From: Pirellulales bacterium
GTDB taxonomy: Bacteria; Planctomycetota; Planctomycetia; Pirellulales; UBA1268
Length of the DNA stretch: 48,350 nt
Direction of reading: 5' to 3'
NCBI GenBank assembly: GCA_046092585.1
Contig: JBJTDZ010000053.1
Location: 1-48,350, forward strand
The position numbers and the translations under genes were made by a program. The notes under the pieces were generated by a model that had not been told where the DNA came from, did no database searches, and was given only the letters and a program-made list of their open reading frames with translations. Below, in pieces: positions 29,285 to 39,353 of the stretch. Position 1 is the first letter of the stretch. Each line of letters opens with the position of its first letter.

Positions 29285-30592
29285 ATGCGTCACGCGCCGA
29301 TCGACCCCGCACTGTTCGTGTCCAACCGCCGCCGGCTCGTGCAGCAGTTGCCGCCGGGTGCGTTCGCCATCCTGCACGCGGCCGACATCCTGCCCACCAC
29401 GGGCGACGGCTCGCTCCGCATGCACCCCGCCAGCGACCTCTTCTGGGCCAGCGGCATCGAGCAGGAGGAGAGCGTCCTCGTGCTCGCCCCCGCGGCGATC
29501 GAGCCCACCCAGCGGGAGATGCTCTTCATCCGGCAGCCCAACGAGCACCTCGCCACCTGGGAGGGCGAAAAACTCTCCAAGGAACGCGCGACGGAGATCT
29601 CGGGCATCAAGCGCATCCGCTGGATCTCCGAACTGCCCGCGGCGGTGCACTCGCTCATGTGCGAGAGTTCCGCCGTCTTTCTCAACGCCAACGAGCACGA
29701 GCGGGCGGTGATCGAGGTCGAAAGCCGCGACGTGCGGATGGCCCACCGGCTGATCGCGAAATATCCGCTGCACCGGTTCGAGCGGCTGGCCCCGCTTCTC
29801 CGCCGGCTGCGGGCGGTGAAAACGCCGGGCGAGGTGGCCCTCGTCCGCCGCGCGGTCGACATCACCGGCGCGGGCCTCGACCGGCTGCTCGGTACGCTGC
29901 GGCCGGGCGTGATGGAATACGACCTCGAGGCTGAACTGGCCGCCGAGTTCACCCGTCGCCGCGGCCGAATGGCCTACGAGCCGATCGTCGGCTCGGGCAG
30001 AAACGCCTGCGTGCTCCACTACCTCGACAATGACCAGATGTGCCGCGACGGCGACCTCGTGCTCGTCGACGCGGGAGCCTCCTACGCCAACTACGCCAGC
30101 GACCTGACCCGCACCTATCCCGTCAATGGCCGATTCACGCCTCGACAGCGGGCCGTCTACGAGGCGGTGCTGCGGGTGCTGAAGTCGTCGATCGCCCGCA
30201 CCACCGTCGGCAGGGGCCTGCGCGACTGGAAGCGAGCCGCGCAGCTGGAGATGGCGAAGGAACTCGTGGGCCTCGGCCTGATCACGGCCGAGCAGGCGGC
30301 CGGCGACACGGCCGAGGAGCCCGCCTGCAAGAAGTATTTCATGCACGGCCTGGGGCACTCCCTCGGGCTCGGCGTCCACGACATGGCGCCGGTGGATGGG
30401 CCGCTCGAGGCCGGCTGGGTGATGACCGTCGAGCCGGGCATCTACATCCCCGCGGAAAACCTCGCCGTCCGCCTCGAGAACGACGTGCTGGTCACCGAAA
30501 ACGGCCCCGTCGACCTCTGCAGCCACGTGCCGATCGAGCCCGACGAGATCGAGCGGCTCATGGCCCGTTCCGCCGGCGGCGGGAGGGTATGA
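29285..30592 (+). CDS. pepP: Xaa-Pro aminopeptidase (M24B)
   Basis: LHY, DAGA...YASDLTRT, HGLGHSLGLGVHD, TVEPGIY and RLENDVL; AGGAG RBS. Confidence 0.92.
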   Translation: MRHAPIDPALFVSNRRRLVQQLPPGAFAILHAADILPTTGDGSLRMHPASDLFWASGIEQEESVLVLAPAAIEPTQREMLFIRQPNEHLATWEGEKLSKERATEISGIKRIRWISELPAAVHSLMCESSAVFLNANEHERAVIEVESRDVRMAHRLIAKYPLHRFERLAPLLRRLRAVKTPGEVALVRRAVDITGAGLDRLLGTLRPGVMEYDLEAELAAEFTRRRGRMAYEPIVGSGRNACVLHYLDNDQMCRDGDLVLVDAGASYANYASDLTRTYPVNGRFTPRQRAVYEAVLRVLKSSIARTTVGRGLRDWKRAAQLEMAKELVGLGLITAEQAAGDTAEEPACKKYFMHGLGHSLGLGVHDMAPVDGPLEAGWVMTVEPGIYIPAENLAVRLENDVLVTENGPVDLCSHVPIEPDEIERLMARSAGGGRV

Positions 30593-31095
30593 TGCCTTCT
30601 TCTTCAGTTCCTCGAGGAGTCTCCGCCGTGCGCATCGTCGTTGCCTGCCTGCTTCTCGCCCTCTCCCTTCTCACCATGGAGTTCATCGTGGCCCAGGACA
30701 TCGCCCTTCCCACCCCGCCCAAGGGCGCCGGCCCGATCGACGCGGCCGCTGCCAAGACGTTCACCACCACCCCCTCCGGGCTGCAGTACCGGATCCTCCG
30801 CAAGGGCACCGGTGCGAACCCCGCGAAGACGAGCACCGTGAAGGTTCACTATCACGGCTGGCTCGACGATGGGAAGGTGTTCGACAGCTCCTACCAGCGG
30901 GGCGAGTCGATCGAGTTCGGCCTCAACCAGGTGATCCCCGGCTGGACGGAAGGCATGCAGCTCGTCGGCGAAGGGGGCATGATCGAACTGGTGATCCCCA
31001 GTGACCTCGGCTACGGCCCGCGAGGCACGCCCGGCGGCCCGATCCCGCCCAACGCCACGCTGCACTTCCTCGTCGAACTGCTCGCCGTGCGCTAA
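30589..31095 (+). CDS. FKBP-type peptidyl-prolyl isomerase with a hydrophobic N-terminus
   Basis: SGLQY, VHYHGWL, FDSS, VIPGWTEG, IPSDLGYG and IPPNATLHFLVEL; ATGA overlap with pepP. Confidence 0.93.
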   Translation: MMPSSSVPRGVSAVRIVVACLLLALSLLTMEFIVAQDIALPTPPKGAGPIDAAAAKTFTTTPSGLQYRILRKGTGANPAKTSTVKVHYHGWLDDGKVFDSSYQRGESIEFGLNQVIPGWTEGMQLVGEGGMIELVIPSDLGYGPRGTPGGPIPPNATLHFLVELLAVR

Positions 31096-31161
31096 TCCTC
31101 ATCCGGCCCTGCCTGGCGAGGCGGGCATCGGGGTGCACGAGGCAGATGGTGACGGCCGAGT

Positions 31162-32412
31162 TCATGACCCGAGAAACAGCGGCCGCATGTGCCGCTCGTA
31201 GAGGTTGTCGGTCACCTGGCGGGCCACGATCTCGCGGTTGGCCACGAGCAGGTCGGTGTAGCGGCGGCCGTGCTTCGCCGCGACCCTGAACGACACGTGA
31301 AGCAGCTGCCGCATGTCGGCACTGAAGTCGGGGCTGCCCGGCACGTGACGGATCGCGGCGGCGAGCCGCGGGCCGCTCCAACCCTGCACCTCTGCCGCGG
31401 CGGGGAGCCGCGAGCGGTCGATGTCGATCACCGAGGCGTAGGGCGCGCGGAACTCGTCGACGTGGTGGAGGGCGTGGGCGTAGATCTCCTTGGCGAGGGC
31501 GAGGCCGTCGCCCCCCGCCTCGGCGAGGCCGATCAGCTCCTCGAGCCAGGTCGTGCCGGCGGTCTTGAGGTGCACCCCGACGCCGGTGCGGGCGAGTGTC
31601 CGCCGGATCACGGGATACAGGGAGAACTTGTCGCTGCCGGAATGCACCGAGAGCTTGAGCGAGTCCGGGAGGCCGTACTGCTTCGCCGCGAACGCGCACA
31701 CGGCCACGTCGTCGGAAAACTCCTGCTCGAATCTCCCGAGGTCGCCGACGTAATCGACCCCCTTGTTGAACCGACCGGTGAACCTGGGGGCGATCGTCTG
31801 CAGTGGGATCTGCTCCTCCGCCAGCAGCGCGAGGATCACGAGCAGCTCGGGCGGCGGCTGCGGCTCTTCGGTCTCGTCCATGCTCACCTCGATCACCACG
31901 TCGGCCCCGCGTGCGCCGCGGATGTGCCGGAAGATCTTCCCGGCCTCCCGGCAGGCCAGCAGATACTTCCGCGCGATCGCGGCGAGCCCCTCTTCCGAGA
32001 GCCGGATCACCTTGGTGATCCCGGGCACCGAGATCGGCTTGCCGAGCTCCGGATGCCGGCGCACGAACGCCGCCACGTCGGCATCTGCCGCCGGCTTGCC
32101 GATCGAGTCGGCGACGTCGATCGTGAAGAAGTCGCTCGACGCGAGAAACCAGTCGACCGTTTCCAGGCGGATGTGGTCGGCGTCCACAAACCAGGGATGT
32201 GGCCAGTTCCTCGCGGCCACCGCGCGGGCCGCCGCCTCGCGAACGCTCGCCGGGTCGCTGCCGATGAAGGAATGCTCGCGGTTCGACTTGTTCCACACCG
32301 GCGCCACCACGACGCCGGCGGCGGCGAGTTTCTCGAAGGCAGCGAGCTGGGCCTCGGCCTGGTGCGCGAACCGGTCGCCGACGCCGAAGGACAAGCGGGG
32401 AACGGTGAGCAT
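31162..32412 (-). CDS. uxaE: Tagaturonate/fructuronate epimerase (UxaE family)
   Basis: SFGVGDRF, DADH, EVSMDET, FNKGVDYVGD, SVHSGSDKF and HLKTAGTTWLEE motifs. Confidence 0.88.
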   Translation of the reverse strand: MLTVPRLSFGVGDRFAHQAEAQLAAFEKLAAAGVVVAPVWNKSNREHSFIGSDPASVREAAARAVAARNWPHPWFVDADHIRLETVDWFLASSDFFTIDVADSIGKPAADADVAAFVRRHPELGKPISVPGITKVIRLSEEGLAAIARKYLLACREAGKIFRHIRGARGADVVIEVSMDETEEPQPPPELLVILALLAEEQIPLQTIAPRFTGRFNKGVDYVGDLGRFEQEFSDDVAVCAFAAKQYGLPDSLKLSVHSGSDKFSLYPVIRRTLARTGVGVHLKTAGTTWLEELIGLAEAGGDGLALAKEIYAHALHHVDEFRAPYASVIDIDRSRLPAAAEVQGWSGPRLAAAIRHVPGSPDFSADMRQLLHVSFRVAAKHGRRYTDLLVANREIVARQVTDNLYERHMRPLFLGS

Positions 32413-32638
32413 GCCGCGAGCATAGGGCCGCCGCCAACTGCTGGCCATGATGATTCTTGACACGGAGATGGCCATGCTCGACCTCTCCGCCGCCCGGCCG
32501 CAGGATGCCGGGCAGCGACGGCCCGCGGTGGCGGGCGACGGCGGGGAAATTTTCCCCGGGCCTTGGTGAGGGATTCACCGCGCATGATGCCGTCGCGCGA
32601 CGATACCTTGCAGGTATTCGAGGAACGGAGAATCGGGC

Positions 32639-33715
32639 ATGCGGCAGTGGCTCGGAGTGCGGACCGTCCGGGGGTTCACCCTCGTGGAACTGCTGGTCGT
32701 CGTGGCGATCATCGCCACCCTGATCGGCCTGCTGCTCCCGGCCGTGCAAAGCGCCCGGGAGGCTGCCCGGCGGACCGCGTGTGCCAACAACCTGCGCCAG
32801 CTCCCCATCGCCTTTCACAACTACGAAAGCGCCCGAAAGAGCCTGCCGCCACTGAAGCGGTTGTTCGCCGGTTCGATCACCGCCTGCGAACCGAAGATGG
32901 CCCACCGCAGCTGGGCCCCCGACGTGCTGCCTTACGTCGAGGAGGCGGCGCTCATGCAGAACTACGACCTGTCGCGCAATTGGTGGGAAAATCAGGACGG
33001 TTCCGCCCCGAACGGTGGCTCCGCGGGCGTCCTCGACGATGGCGCGACCGGCAATCGCGCCCTCGCGCGGGCCAGCCTGCCGGTGCTGCAGTGCCCGGCG
33101 TCTCCGTTTCCCAACCGGATCCAGGACAAGATCGAAAACCCGCGAAAGACCGGCGCCTGCGGCGACTACTTCGTGGTGGCCGGAACGGGCACGAATTTCA
33201 ACGCAGCGGCCGGGTTGCCCGCCGGCACCGTGGCGGCTGGGCCGGGGCCGACGCTGGAGTGGAAAAACTGCGGCGCCACCGCCACGCGACCCCGATCCAC
33301 CATGGGCAAGATCACCGACGGCCTTTCGAAGACGATCCTGCTCGCCGAGTGCGCCGGCCGCGAAGACGTGTGGCGCGACCGCACGCGGTACGCCGCCAAC
33401 GCCGATCAGGCCGCGGGTGCCGGATGCGCTCGGGCGCAGGGGGGCGCCTGGGCCACGAACGACAATCCCTACGGCTTTGGCGAAAAAGCCACCGGCTGGT
33501 GCACGTCGGGTCCGACCGCCGGCCCGATTCCGACATCCCTGATGCGGGTGAACGGCTCGAATGAAAATGGCTGGCTCATGTACAGCTTCCACGCCGCCGG
33601 CGCGAACATCGCCATGGCCGATGGCTCCGTGCGGTTCGTGTCGGAGGAGACGTCGGTGCAACTCCTCGGCCAGCTCGCGACTCGGGCTGGCGGCGAGTCT
33701 GTTTCACTCGACTGA
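32639..33715 (+). CDS. DUF1559 prepilin-type N-terminal cleavage/methylation protein
   Basis: [42 protein letters not shown] and the H-X9-DG motif ([12 protein letters not shown]). Confidence 0.95.
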   Translation: MRQWLGVRTVRGFTLVELLVVVAIIATLIGLLLPAVQSAREAARRTACANNLRQLPIAFHNYESARKSLPPLKRLFAGSITACEPKMAHRSWAPDVLPYVEEAALMQNYDLSRNWWENQDGSAPNGGSAGVLDDGATGNRALARASLPVLQCPASPFPNRIQDKIENPRKTGACGDYFVVAGTGTNFNAAAGLPAGTVAAGPGPTLEWKNCGATATRPRSTMGKITDGLSKTILLAECAGREDVWRDRTRYAANADQAAGAGCARAQGGAWATNDNPYGFGEKATGWCTSGPTAGPIPTSLMRVNGSNENGWLMYSFHAAGANIAMADGSVRFVSEETSVQLLGQLATRAGGESVSLD

Positions 33716-33814
33716 CACCGGTGGCTTTTCCCCGCCTCGACAGGGCCGTAGACTGCAGCGGGTGCGGTGACGCGGCTAAAACCGTTCGATTCTCAAGCAA
33801 CACAAAGGTTGTCC

Positions 33815-34246
33815 ATGGACATTCTCGGCGAGATCTTGAAGCAGGTGCTCGAAGGCGCGGCCCAGCAACAGCAGCAGGCGCCGCAGCGGCAACCCCAGCC
33901 TCAGCCGCGACCCCAGCAGCCACAGCCCGGCATGCCCTCCCCCAACGACCTCACCGACATCCTCACCCAGATCTTCGGCGGCGGCGGCGCCCAGAAGTTG
34001 CCCGACGTGGTCAAGCAGTTCGAGGAGAAGGGGATGCGGGATCAGGTCGACTCGTGGGTCCGCACCGGCCCCAACAAGCCGATCGACCGCCGGCAGGTCG
34101 AGGATGCCTTCGGCGATCGCGAGCTCGAGGGTCTGGCCCGCTCCAAGGGCATCGATCGCGACCAGCTCGCGGAGGTGCTCGCCAAGTACATCCCGAAGAT
34201 CATCGACGAACTGACGCCCTCCGGGCAGCTTCCCGCACGGCGCTGA
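33815..34246 (+). CDS. YidB/DUF937 family protein with a Gln/Pro-rich insert
   Basis: QVDSWVRTGPNKPI and LAKYIPKIIDELTPSGQLP motifs. Confidence 0.85.
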   Translation: MDILGEILKQVLEGAAQQQQQAPQRQPQPQPRPQQPQPGMPSPNDLTDILTQIFGGGGAQKLPDVVKQFEEKGMRDQVDSWVRTGPNKPIDRRQVEDAFGDRELEGLARSKGIDRDQLAEVLAKYIPKIIDELTPSGQLPARR

Positions 34247-34319
34247 CCCGCCGGCCACGGACGCGGCACTGGTATACTCCCCGTACGACGGGCCGAACGG
34301 CCTCTCGTCGGGGACGCGC

Positions 34320-35399
34320 ATGCGAGGATCGCTCCTGAAAACCGTCTGGTTGCTCGCACTGGCGCTTGCCACCATGGCAGTGCCCGGGAGCGACGCCGCG
34401 GCGGAACCGGTGGAAGTCGCCTGGCGGAACGACCCCCGCACGATGGCCGATGCGCCTCTGCCGGTCGAGCCGGCTCCCACCAGGCGACCCTCGCGGCGGG
34501 CCCAGCGGCGGGCGCTCAGGAGGGGCCCGGTCGAGCAGGCGCCGCCACCCATCGCCGCGGCGGCCGGGAAGGCAGCCGAATCCGCGGCTCACCCGCGCGG
34601 CGTGATCGCCCATCGTGATCGTCCCTACGGCTCGGGCGAGCATCCCCGGCAGCGGTTCGACATGCTCCTTCCCGATGGCTGTGGCGGCGAGCTGCCGCTC
34701 GTGATCTGGATCCATGGCCCCGATTGGCGCGGGGGATCCAAAGCCGACTGCCCGCTGGCGTGGATCGTCGACGACGGCTACGCGGTGGCCAGCATCGACT
34801 ACCGCACGACCGACGTGGCCGCGTTTCCAGCCCAACTCGACGACTGCCGCGTGGCGCTGGCGACCATCGTCGCCGACGCCGCCACGTGGGGCATCGACCC
34901 GGCCCGGATCTGCGTCGCCGGCAGCGGCGCCGGAGGGCACCTGGCCGCGCTTCTGGCCTATGCGCCCGCCGACCGACACGTGCGGACGGCAGCGACCGAC
35001 GCGGCGGATCCTGCGGCCCCGGCCGCCGTCGCGGTCATGGGTGCGCCCGTGCAACTGGCGAGCCTGGGACCGGGGCACGACCGCGCGGGCTCCGCAGCCA
35101 GCCGGCTCGTCGGGGGACCGCTGCCGGAGTTTCGCGAGGCGGCGCAGCGGGCCAGCCCCCTGTCATACGTCTCCGCCGACGATCCGCCGACGTTGATCCT
35201 CCACGGCCGGCACGACGACACCGTGCCGGCCGACCAGGCGACACTGTTCGGCCAATCGCTCACCCGCGCCGGCGTGGAGCACGCCGTCGTCATGCTCGAC
35301 GAACCATCGCTGTCGCGTGCATCGCCGGGAGGGATCGCCCTCGTCGAGTTCCTCGACCGCACGCTCGGCGCAGGCATCGCCCGCCGCCCTGAGCAATAA
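34320..35399 (+). CDS. Secreted alpha/beta-hydrolase-fold protein (BD-FAE-like), apparently catalytically dead
   Basis: Signal peptide; PLVIWIHG, VASIDYR, FPAQLDD, IDPARI, ASPLSYVSADDPPTLILHG; nucleophile elbow reads GSGAGG. Confidence 0.8.
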   Translation: MRGSLLKTVWLLALALATMAVPGSDAAAEPVEVAWRNDPRTMADAPLPVEPAPTRRPSRRAQRRALRRGPVEQAPPPIAAAAGKAAESAAHPRGVIAHRDRPYGSGEHPRQRFDMLLPDGCGGELPLVIWIHGPDWRGGSKADCPLAWIVDDGYAVASIDYRTTDVAAFPAQLDDCRVALATIVADAATWGIDPARICVAGSGAGGHLAALLAYAPADRHVRTAATDAADPAAPAAVAVMGAPVQLASLGPGHDRAGSAASRLVGGPLPEFREAAQRASPLSYVSADDPPTLILHGRHDDTVPADQATLFGQSLTRAGVEHAVVMLDEPSLSRASPGGIALVEFLDRTLGAGIARRPEQ

Positions 35400-35604
35400 C
35401 GCCGGCGGCCGCGCGACCGCCACAGGCGCTGCGACCCCGACAGGCGGTTTCGCCTGCCGCGCTTTCCAGCCTTGTGCAGTTGTCGTCGTCCGCCGCCGAT
35501 ACCTTTTCCTGGGCCGGACGCCTCCGGCACCATCGCCCACCGGCGGATTCCCGCGACCATTCCGGGCGAATGTCCATCCATCTGTCATAACCCACAGCCA
35601 TTCC

Positions 35605-36477
35605 ATGCCGTCACCACGCCGCAAGACGTCGTCGTCCGCCGTTCAAAACCCGCTGGAGACTTACCTGCGGGACATCAACGAGACCGCCCTGCTGACGGCC
35701 GACGACGAGAAGCGTTTGGCCACCGCGATCGGCCAGGGCGACGCCCTCGCTCGTGATCACATGGTGCGGGCGAACCTGCGGCTGGTGGTCAACATCGCCC
35801 GCGGCTACGCCAACCGCGGCCTGCCGCTGCCCGACCTCATCGAAGAGGGCAATCTCGGCCTGCTGCGGGCGGTGGAGGGCTTCGACCCCACGATGGGCAC
35901 CCGCTTCAGCACCTACGCGAGCTACTGGATCAAACAGTCGATCAAGCGGGCCCTGATCAACTCCGGCAAGACGATCCGCATTCCCGCCTACATGGTCGAG
36001 CTGCTGTCGAAGTGGCGGCGGGCCACGCTGCGGCTCTCCGACGCGCTCGGCCGGGTGCCCACGCCCGAGGAGGTGGCCCGCAGCCTGGGCCTCGCCCGCA
36101 AGAAGCTGCCGATCATCAAGAAGGCGATTCACGTGCACCAGTCGGCGGCGCACACCGAGCCGACCGAAGGAGGCTGGTCGCTCGGTGAACTCGTCCGCGA
36201 CGAAAATGCCCGCTGCCCCGCCGAGGTGCTGCTCGACGACGACACGCTGCGGCACGTGCTGCGGCGGATCGAGGATCTCGACCAACGGGCCGGCACGATC
36301 ATCAAGCTGCGGTTCGGCCTCACCGGCAACGAGCCGATGACGCTCAAGGAGATCGGGGCGGTGCTCGGCCTGACGCGGGAGCGGGTGCGACAGATCGAGT
36401 CGGAAACGCTCGCGAGCCTCGCGATGGAGATCGACGGGGTGCCCCGGGCCCGCATCCGGTTGCGTCACGGCGCCTGA
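35605..36477 (+). CDS. RNA polymerase sigma factor, sigma70 family (RpoD/RpoS-like, no region 1.1)
   Basis: YLRDI, NLRLVVNIARGY, DLIEEGNLGL, RFSTYASYWIKQSI and TLKEIG...LTRERVRQIE. Confidence 0.95.
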   Translation: MPSPRRKTSSSAVQNPLETYLRDINETALLTADDEKRLATAIGQGDALARDHMVRANLRLVVNIARGYANRGLPLPDLIEEGNLGLLRAVEGFDPTMGTRFSTYASYWIKQSIKRALINSGKTIRIPAYMVELLSKWRRATLRLSDALGRVPTPEEVARSLGLARKKLPIIKKAIHVHQSAAHTEPTEGGWSLGELVRDENARCPAEVLLDDDTLRHVLRRIEDLDQRAGTIIKLRFGLTGNEPMTLKEIGAVLGLTRERVRQIESETLASLAMEIDGVPRARIRLRHGA

Positions 36478-36494
36478 TCCCCGACACTGCCGGC

Positions 36495-37007
36495 ATGGAT
36501 CTCTCCCGCCACATCCGCCCGATCCCCGACTTCCCCAAGCCCGGGATCCTGTTTCGCGACATCACGCCGCTCCTGGCCGACGCCGACGCGTTCGCGGTGG
36601 CGATCCAGGCGCTTGCCGAGCCCTGGCGGGCCGCAGGCGTGGCGGCGATCGCGGCGGTCGAGGCTCGGGGCTTCCTCTTTGCCGGACCGCTCGCGCTCGA
36701 ACTCGGCGTGGGCGTAATCCCGGTGCGGAAGCCGGGCAAACTCCCGGCCGACACCATCTCGCATGAGTACGACCTGGAGTACGGCCGCGACCGGCTGGAG
36801 ATGCACCGGGGCGTGCTCGCCGCCGGGGCCGGCGTGCTCGTGGTCGACGACGTGCTCGCCACCGGCGGCACGGCGGCGGCGTGCATGAAACTCGTCGAGG
36901 CGGCCGGAGGACGGGTGGTCGGCAGCTCCTTCCTCGTGGAGATCGCGGCCCTCGGCGGCCGTGAACGGCTCGCTCCCCACCGCGTCGAGAGCGTGATCAT
37001 CTACTGA
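36495..37007 (+). CDS. apt: Adenine phosphoribosyltransferase
   Basis: PDFPKPGILFRDITPLL, EARGF, RKPGKLP, YDLEYG and VVDDVLATGGT. Confidence 0.97.
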   Translation: MDLSRHIRPIPDFPKPGILFRDITPLLADADAFAVAIQALAEPWRAAGVAAIAAVEARGFLFAGPLALELGVGVIPVRKPGKLPADTISHEYDLEYGRDRLEMHRGVLAAGAGVLVVDDVLATGGTAAACMKLVEAAGGRVVGSSFLVEIAALGGRERLAPHRVESVIIY

Positions 37008-38113
37008 TGCGGTCGCGGGTCGTCGTCGCCATGTCGGGCGGGGTCGATTCGAGCGTGGCCGCCGCGCTCCTGCTCGCGGCCGGCCACGACTGCGTGGGCG
37101 TGTTCATGCGGCACGCATCGCCGGTCCTGCCGGCCGAGGCCGCGGGGCCCCTTTCGATCCTGCCGGAGCGGCCCGGCCATCAGGGTTGCTGCAGTCCCGC
37201 CGACGCCCTCGACGCCCGCCGTGTCGCCGACCGGCTCGGCATGCCCCTCTACGCCCTCGATCTCACGCCCGAGTTCGACCGGCTCATCGACGCCTTCGCG
37301 GCTGACTACGGCGCCGGCCGCACGCCGAATCCCTGCGTGCGGTGCAACTCCTGGATCAAGTTCGGGCGGCTCTTCGAGCATGCCGATGCGATCGGCGCCA
37401 CCCACGTCGCCACCGGCCACTACGCCCGGCTCGAACAGGAGGCCGCGGGGCCGGTGCTCCGCCGCGGCCTCGATCACGACCGCGACCAGTCCTACGTGCT
37501 CTTCGACATCGCGACCGACCGGCTGCGACGAATGCTCCTGCCGGTGGGCGGACTGGCCAAGCGCGAGGTGCGGGAGCGGGCGGCGGCGCTCGGGCTGGCG
37601 ACGGCCTCGAAACCCGACAGCCAGGAGATCTGCTTCGTCGCTCCGGGCGAGCACGCCCGGCTCGTGGCCCACAGGCTCGGCGGCTCCCGGGCCGGCGAGA
37701 TCGTCGACTCGACCGGTCGCGTGCTGGGCCGGCATCCCGGGATCGAGCACTTCACGGTCGGCCAGCGGCAGGGCCTCGGCATCGCCGTGGGCACGCCCCT
37801 CCATGTCATCCGCATCGAGCCCGACACGTGCCGCGTGGTCGTCGGCGGGCGGGCCGAGGTGCCGGAGCACGAACTCGTGGCCGCCGAGGCCCGCTGGCTT
37901 GGCGAGCCTCCGGAAGGACCGTTCCCGTGTCTCGTGCAGTGCCGCGCCCAGCGGACGGCGGCGCCGGCCATGGTGACCCCGCTGCCCGGCGGGCGGTTCA
38001 TGGCCCGCTTCACCGGCGGGCCGGAGCGGTCGCCGGGGCCGATTTCGCCCGGCCAGCCGGCCGTCTGTTACGAGGGCGACAGGCTCCTCGGGGGCGGCTG
38101 GATCGTCGGCTGA
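37007..38113 (+). CDS. mnmA: tRNA-specific 2-thiouridylase
   Basis: AMSGGVDSSV, TPNPCVRCN, ATGHYA, DQSYVL, DSQEICF, TVGQRQG and PGQ...GGGWI. Confidence 0.96.
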   Translation: MRSRVVVAMSGGVDSSVAAALLLAAGHDCVGVFMRHASPVLPAEAAGPLSILPERPGHQGCCSPADALDARRVADRLGMPLYALDLTPEFDRLIDAFAADYGAGRTPNPCVRCNSWIKFGRLFEHADAIGATHVATGHYARLEQEAAGPVLRRGLDHDRDQSYVLFDIATDRLRRMLLPVGGLAKREVRERAAALGLATASKPDSQEICFVAPGEHARLVAHRLGGSRAGEIVDSTGRVLGRHPGIEHFTVGQRQGLGIAVGTPLHVIRIEPDTCRVVVGGRAEVPEHELVAAEARWLGEPPEGPFPCLVQCRAQRTAAPAMVTPLPGGRFMARFTGGPERSPGPISPGQPAVCYEGDRLLGGGWIVG

Positions 38114-38188
38114 ACACGTGGTTTGGCCGCTGCTTTCCCGGCGCCGGGGGCCGAACTACGCTTGACGCTGTCCCCGGAGACCCCGCTC

Positions 38189-39157
38189 GTGAACGATCAG
38201 CCCGCCGCACTGCCCCCCGAACTCGTCGTCGGCATCGCCCTGATCCTCGGCATCGTGGCGCTCACGATGCTGCTGCTGGTCGTCAACTACGGCCAGCTCT
38301 GGTTCCAGGCCTACTGGTCGAAGGCCCGCGTCACGTTCCTCGAACTGGTGGGCATGAGCCTGCGCAAGGTCAACGCCCGCACCATCGTGCAGGCGCGGAT
38401 CATGGCCACGCAGGCCGGCCTGGGGAGCGACATCACGTCGCGGCGGCTGGAAGCCCACTACCTCGCCGGTGGCGACGTGCCGCGGGTGATCCGCGCCCTG
38501 ATCGCCGCCCAGCGGGCCGACCTCGACCTCGACTTCGACCGCGCCTGTGCCATCGATCTCGCCGGCCGCGACGTGCTCGACGCCGTGCAGACGAGCGTCA
38601 ACCCCAAGGTGATCGACTGCCCCGACATCGCCAGCGGCAAGTCGACGCTCTCGGCCGTCGCCAAGAACGGCGTCGAGCTCAAGATCCGTGCGCGGGTCAC
38701 CGTGCGGACGAATCTCCAGCAGCTCATCGGAGGTGCGACGGAGGAGACGATCATCGCCCGCGTGGGCGAGGGAATCATCACGTCAATCGGCTCGTCCGAG
38801 AGCCACTTCGAGGTGATGGAGCACCCCGACACGATCTCGAAGGCCGTGCTGCAGCGCGGCCTCGATGCCCAGACGGCGTTCCAGATCGTCTCGATTGACA
38901 TCGCCGACATCGAGGTCGGCGAGAACATCGGGGCACGGCTCCAGGCCGACCAGGCCGAGGCCGACACCCGCGTGGCCCGGGCCAAGGCCGAGGAACGGCG
39001 CAGCGTCGCGATCGCCCGAGAGCAGGAGATGAAGGCCGCCACCGCGGAAAACCGGGCACGGTTCCTGCAGGCGGAGGCCCTGGTACCCACGAGCATCGGC
39101 GATGCGTTCCGGGCCGGTCGGGTGGCCGGCCATCAGGGCGGCAACGGGCATGCCTGA
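38189..39157 (+). CDS. floA: Flotillin-like protein FloA (YqfA family)
   Basis: [48 protein letters not shown] and [25 protein letters not shown]; GTG start inferred. Confidence 0.9.
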   Translation: MNDQPAALPPELVVGIALILGIVALTMLLLVVNYGQLWFQAYWSKARVTFLELVGMSLRKVNARTIVQARIMATQAGLGSDITSRRLEAHYLAGGDVPRVIRALIAAQRADLDLDFDRACAIDLAGRDVLDAVQTSVNPKVIDCPDIASGKSTLSAVAKNGVELKIRARVTVRTNLQQLIGGATEETIIARVGEGIITSIGSSESHFEVMEHPDTISKAVLQRGLDAQTAFQIVSIDIADIEVGENIGARLQADQAEADTRVARAKAEERRSVAIAREQEMKAATAENRARFLQAEALVPTSIGDAFRAGRVAGHQGGNGHA

Positions 39158-39180
39158 GCCCCCCGTCCCATCCATCTTGT

Positions 39181-39261
39181 CAGCCGGCCCAGCCTGCCCG
39201 GCCCCCCATCCGGCACAGGCGGGCAAATCGGCCAAACCCTGACGCCCCTGTCGGCCGATAA
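39181..39261 (+). promoter_or_regulatory. Putative sigma28-like -10 box (GCCGATAA) preceded by a ~9-bp-phased array
   Basis: GCCGATAA at 39254-39261; CAGCC/CGGCC/CATCC/CAGGC/CAAA units at 39181, 39190, 39199, 39207, 39216, 39224 and 39233. Confidence 0.4.
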
Positions 39262-39353
39262 GAGGTTTGGGGAATCGGTGCCCGTCAAGACGACGGCAGG
39301 GCCACCCCGGCCCGAACACCGCCCCGAGACGTCTCACGGCAAGGGAGAGTGCC

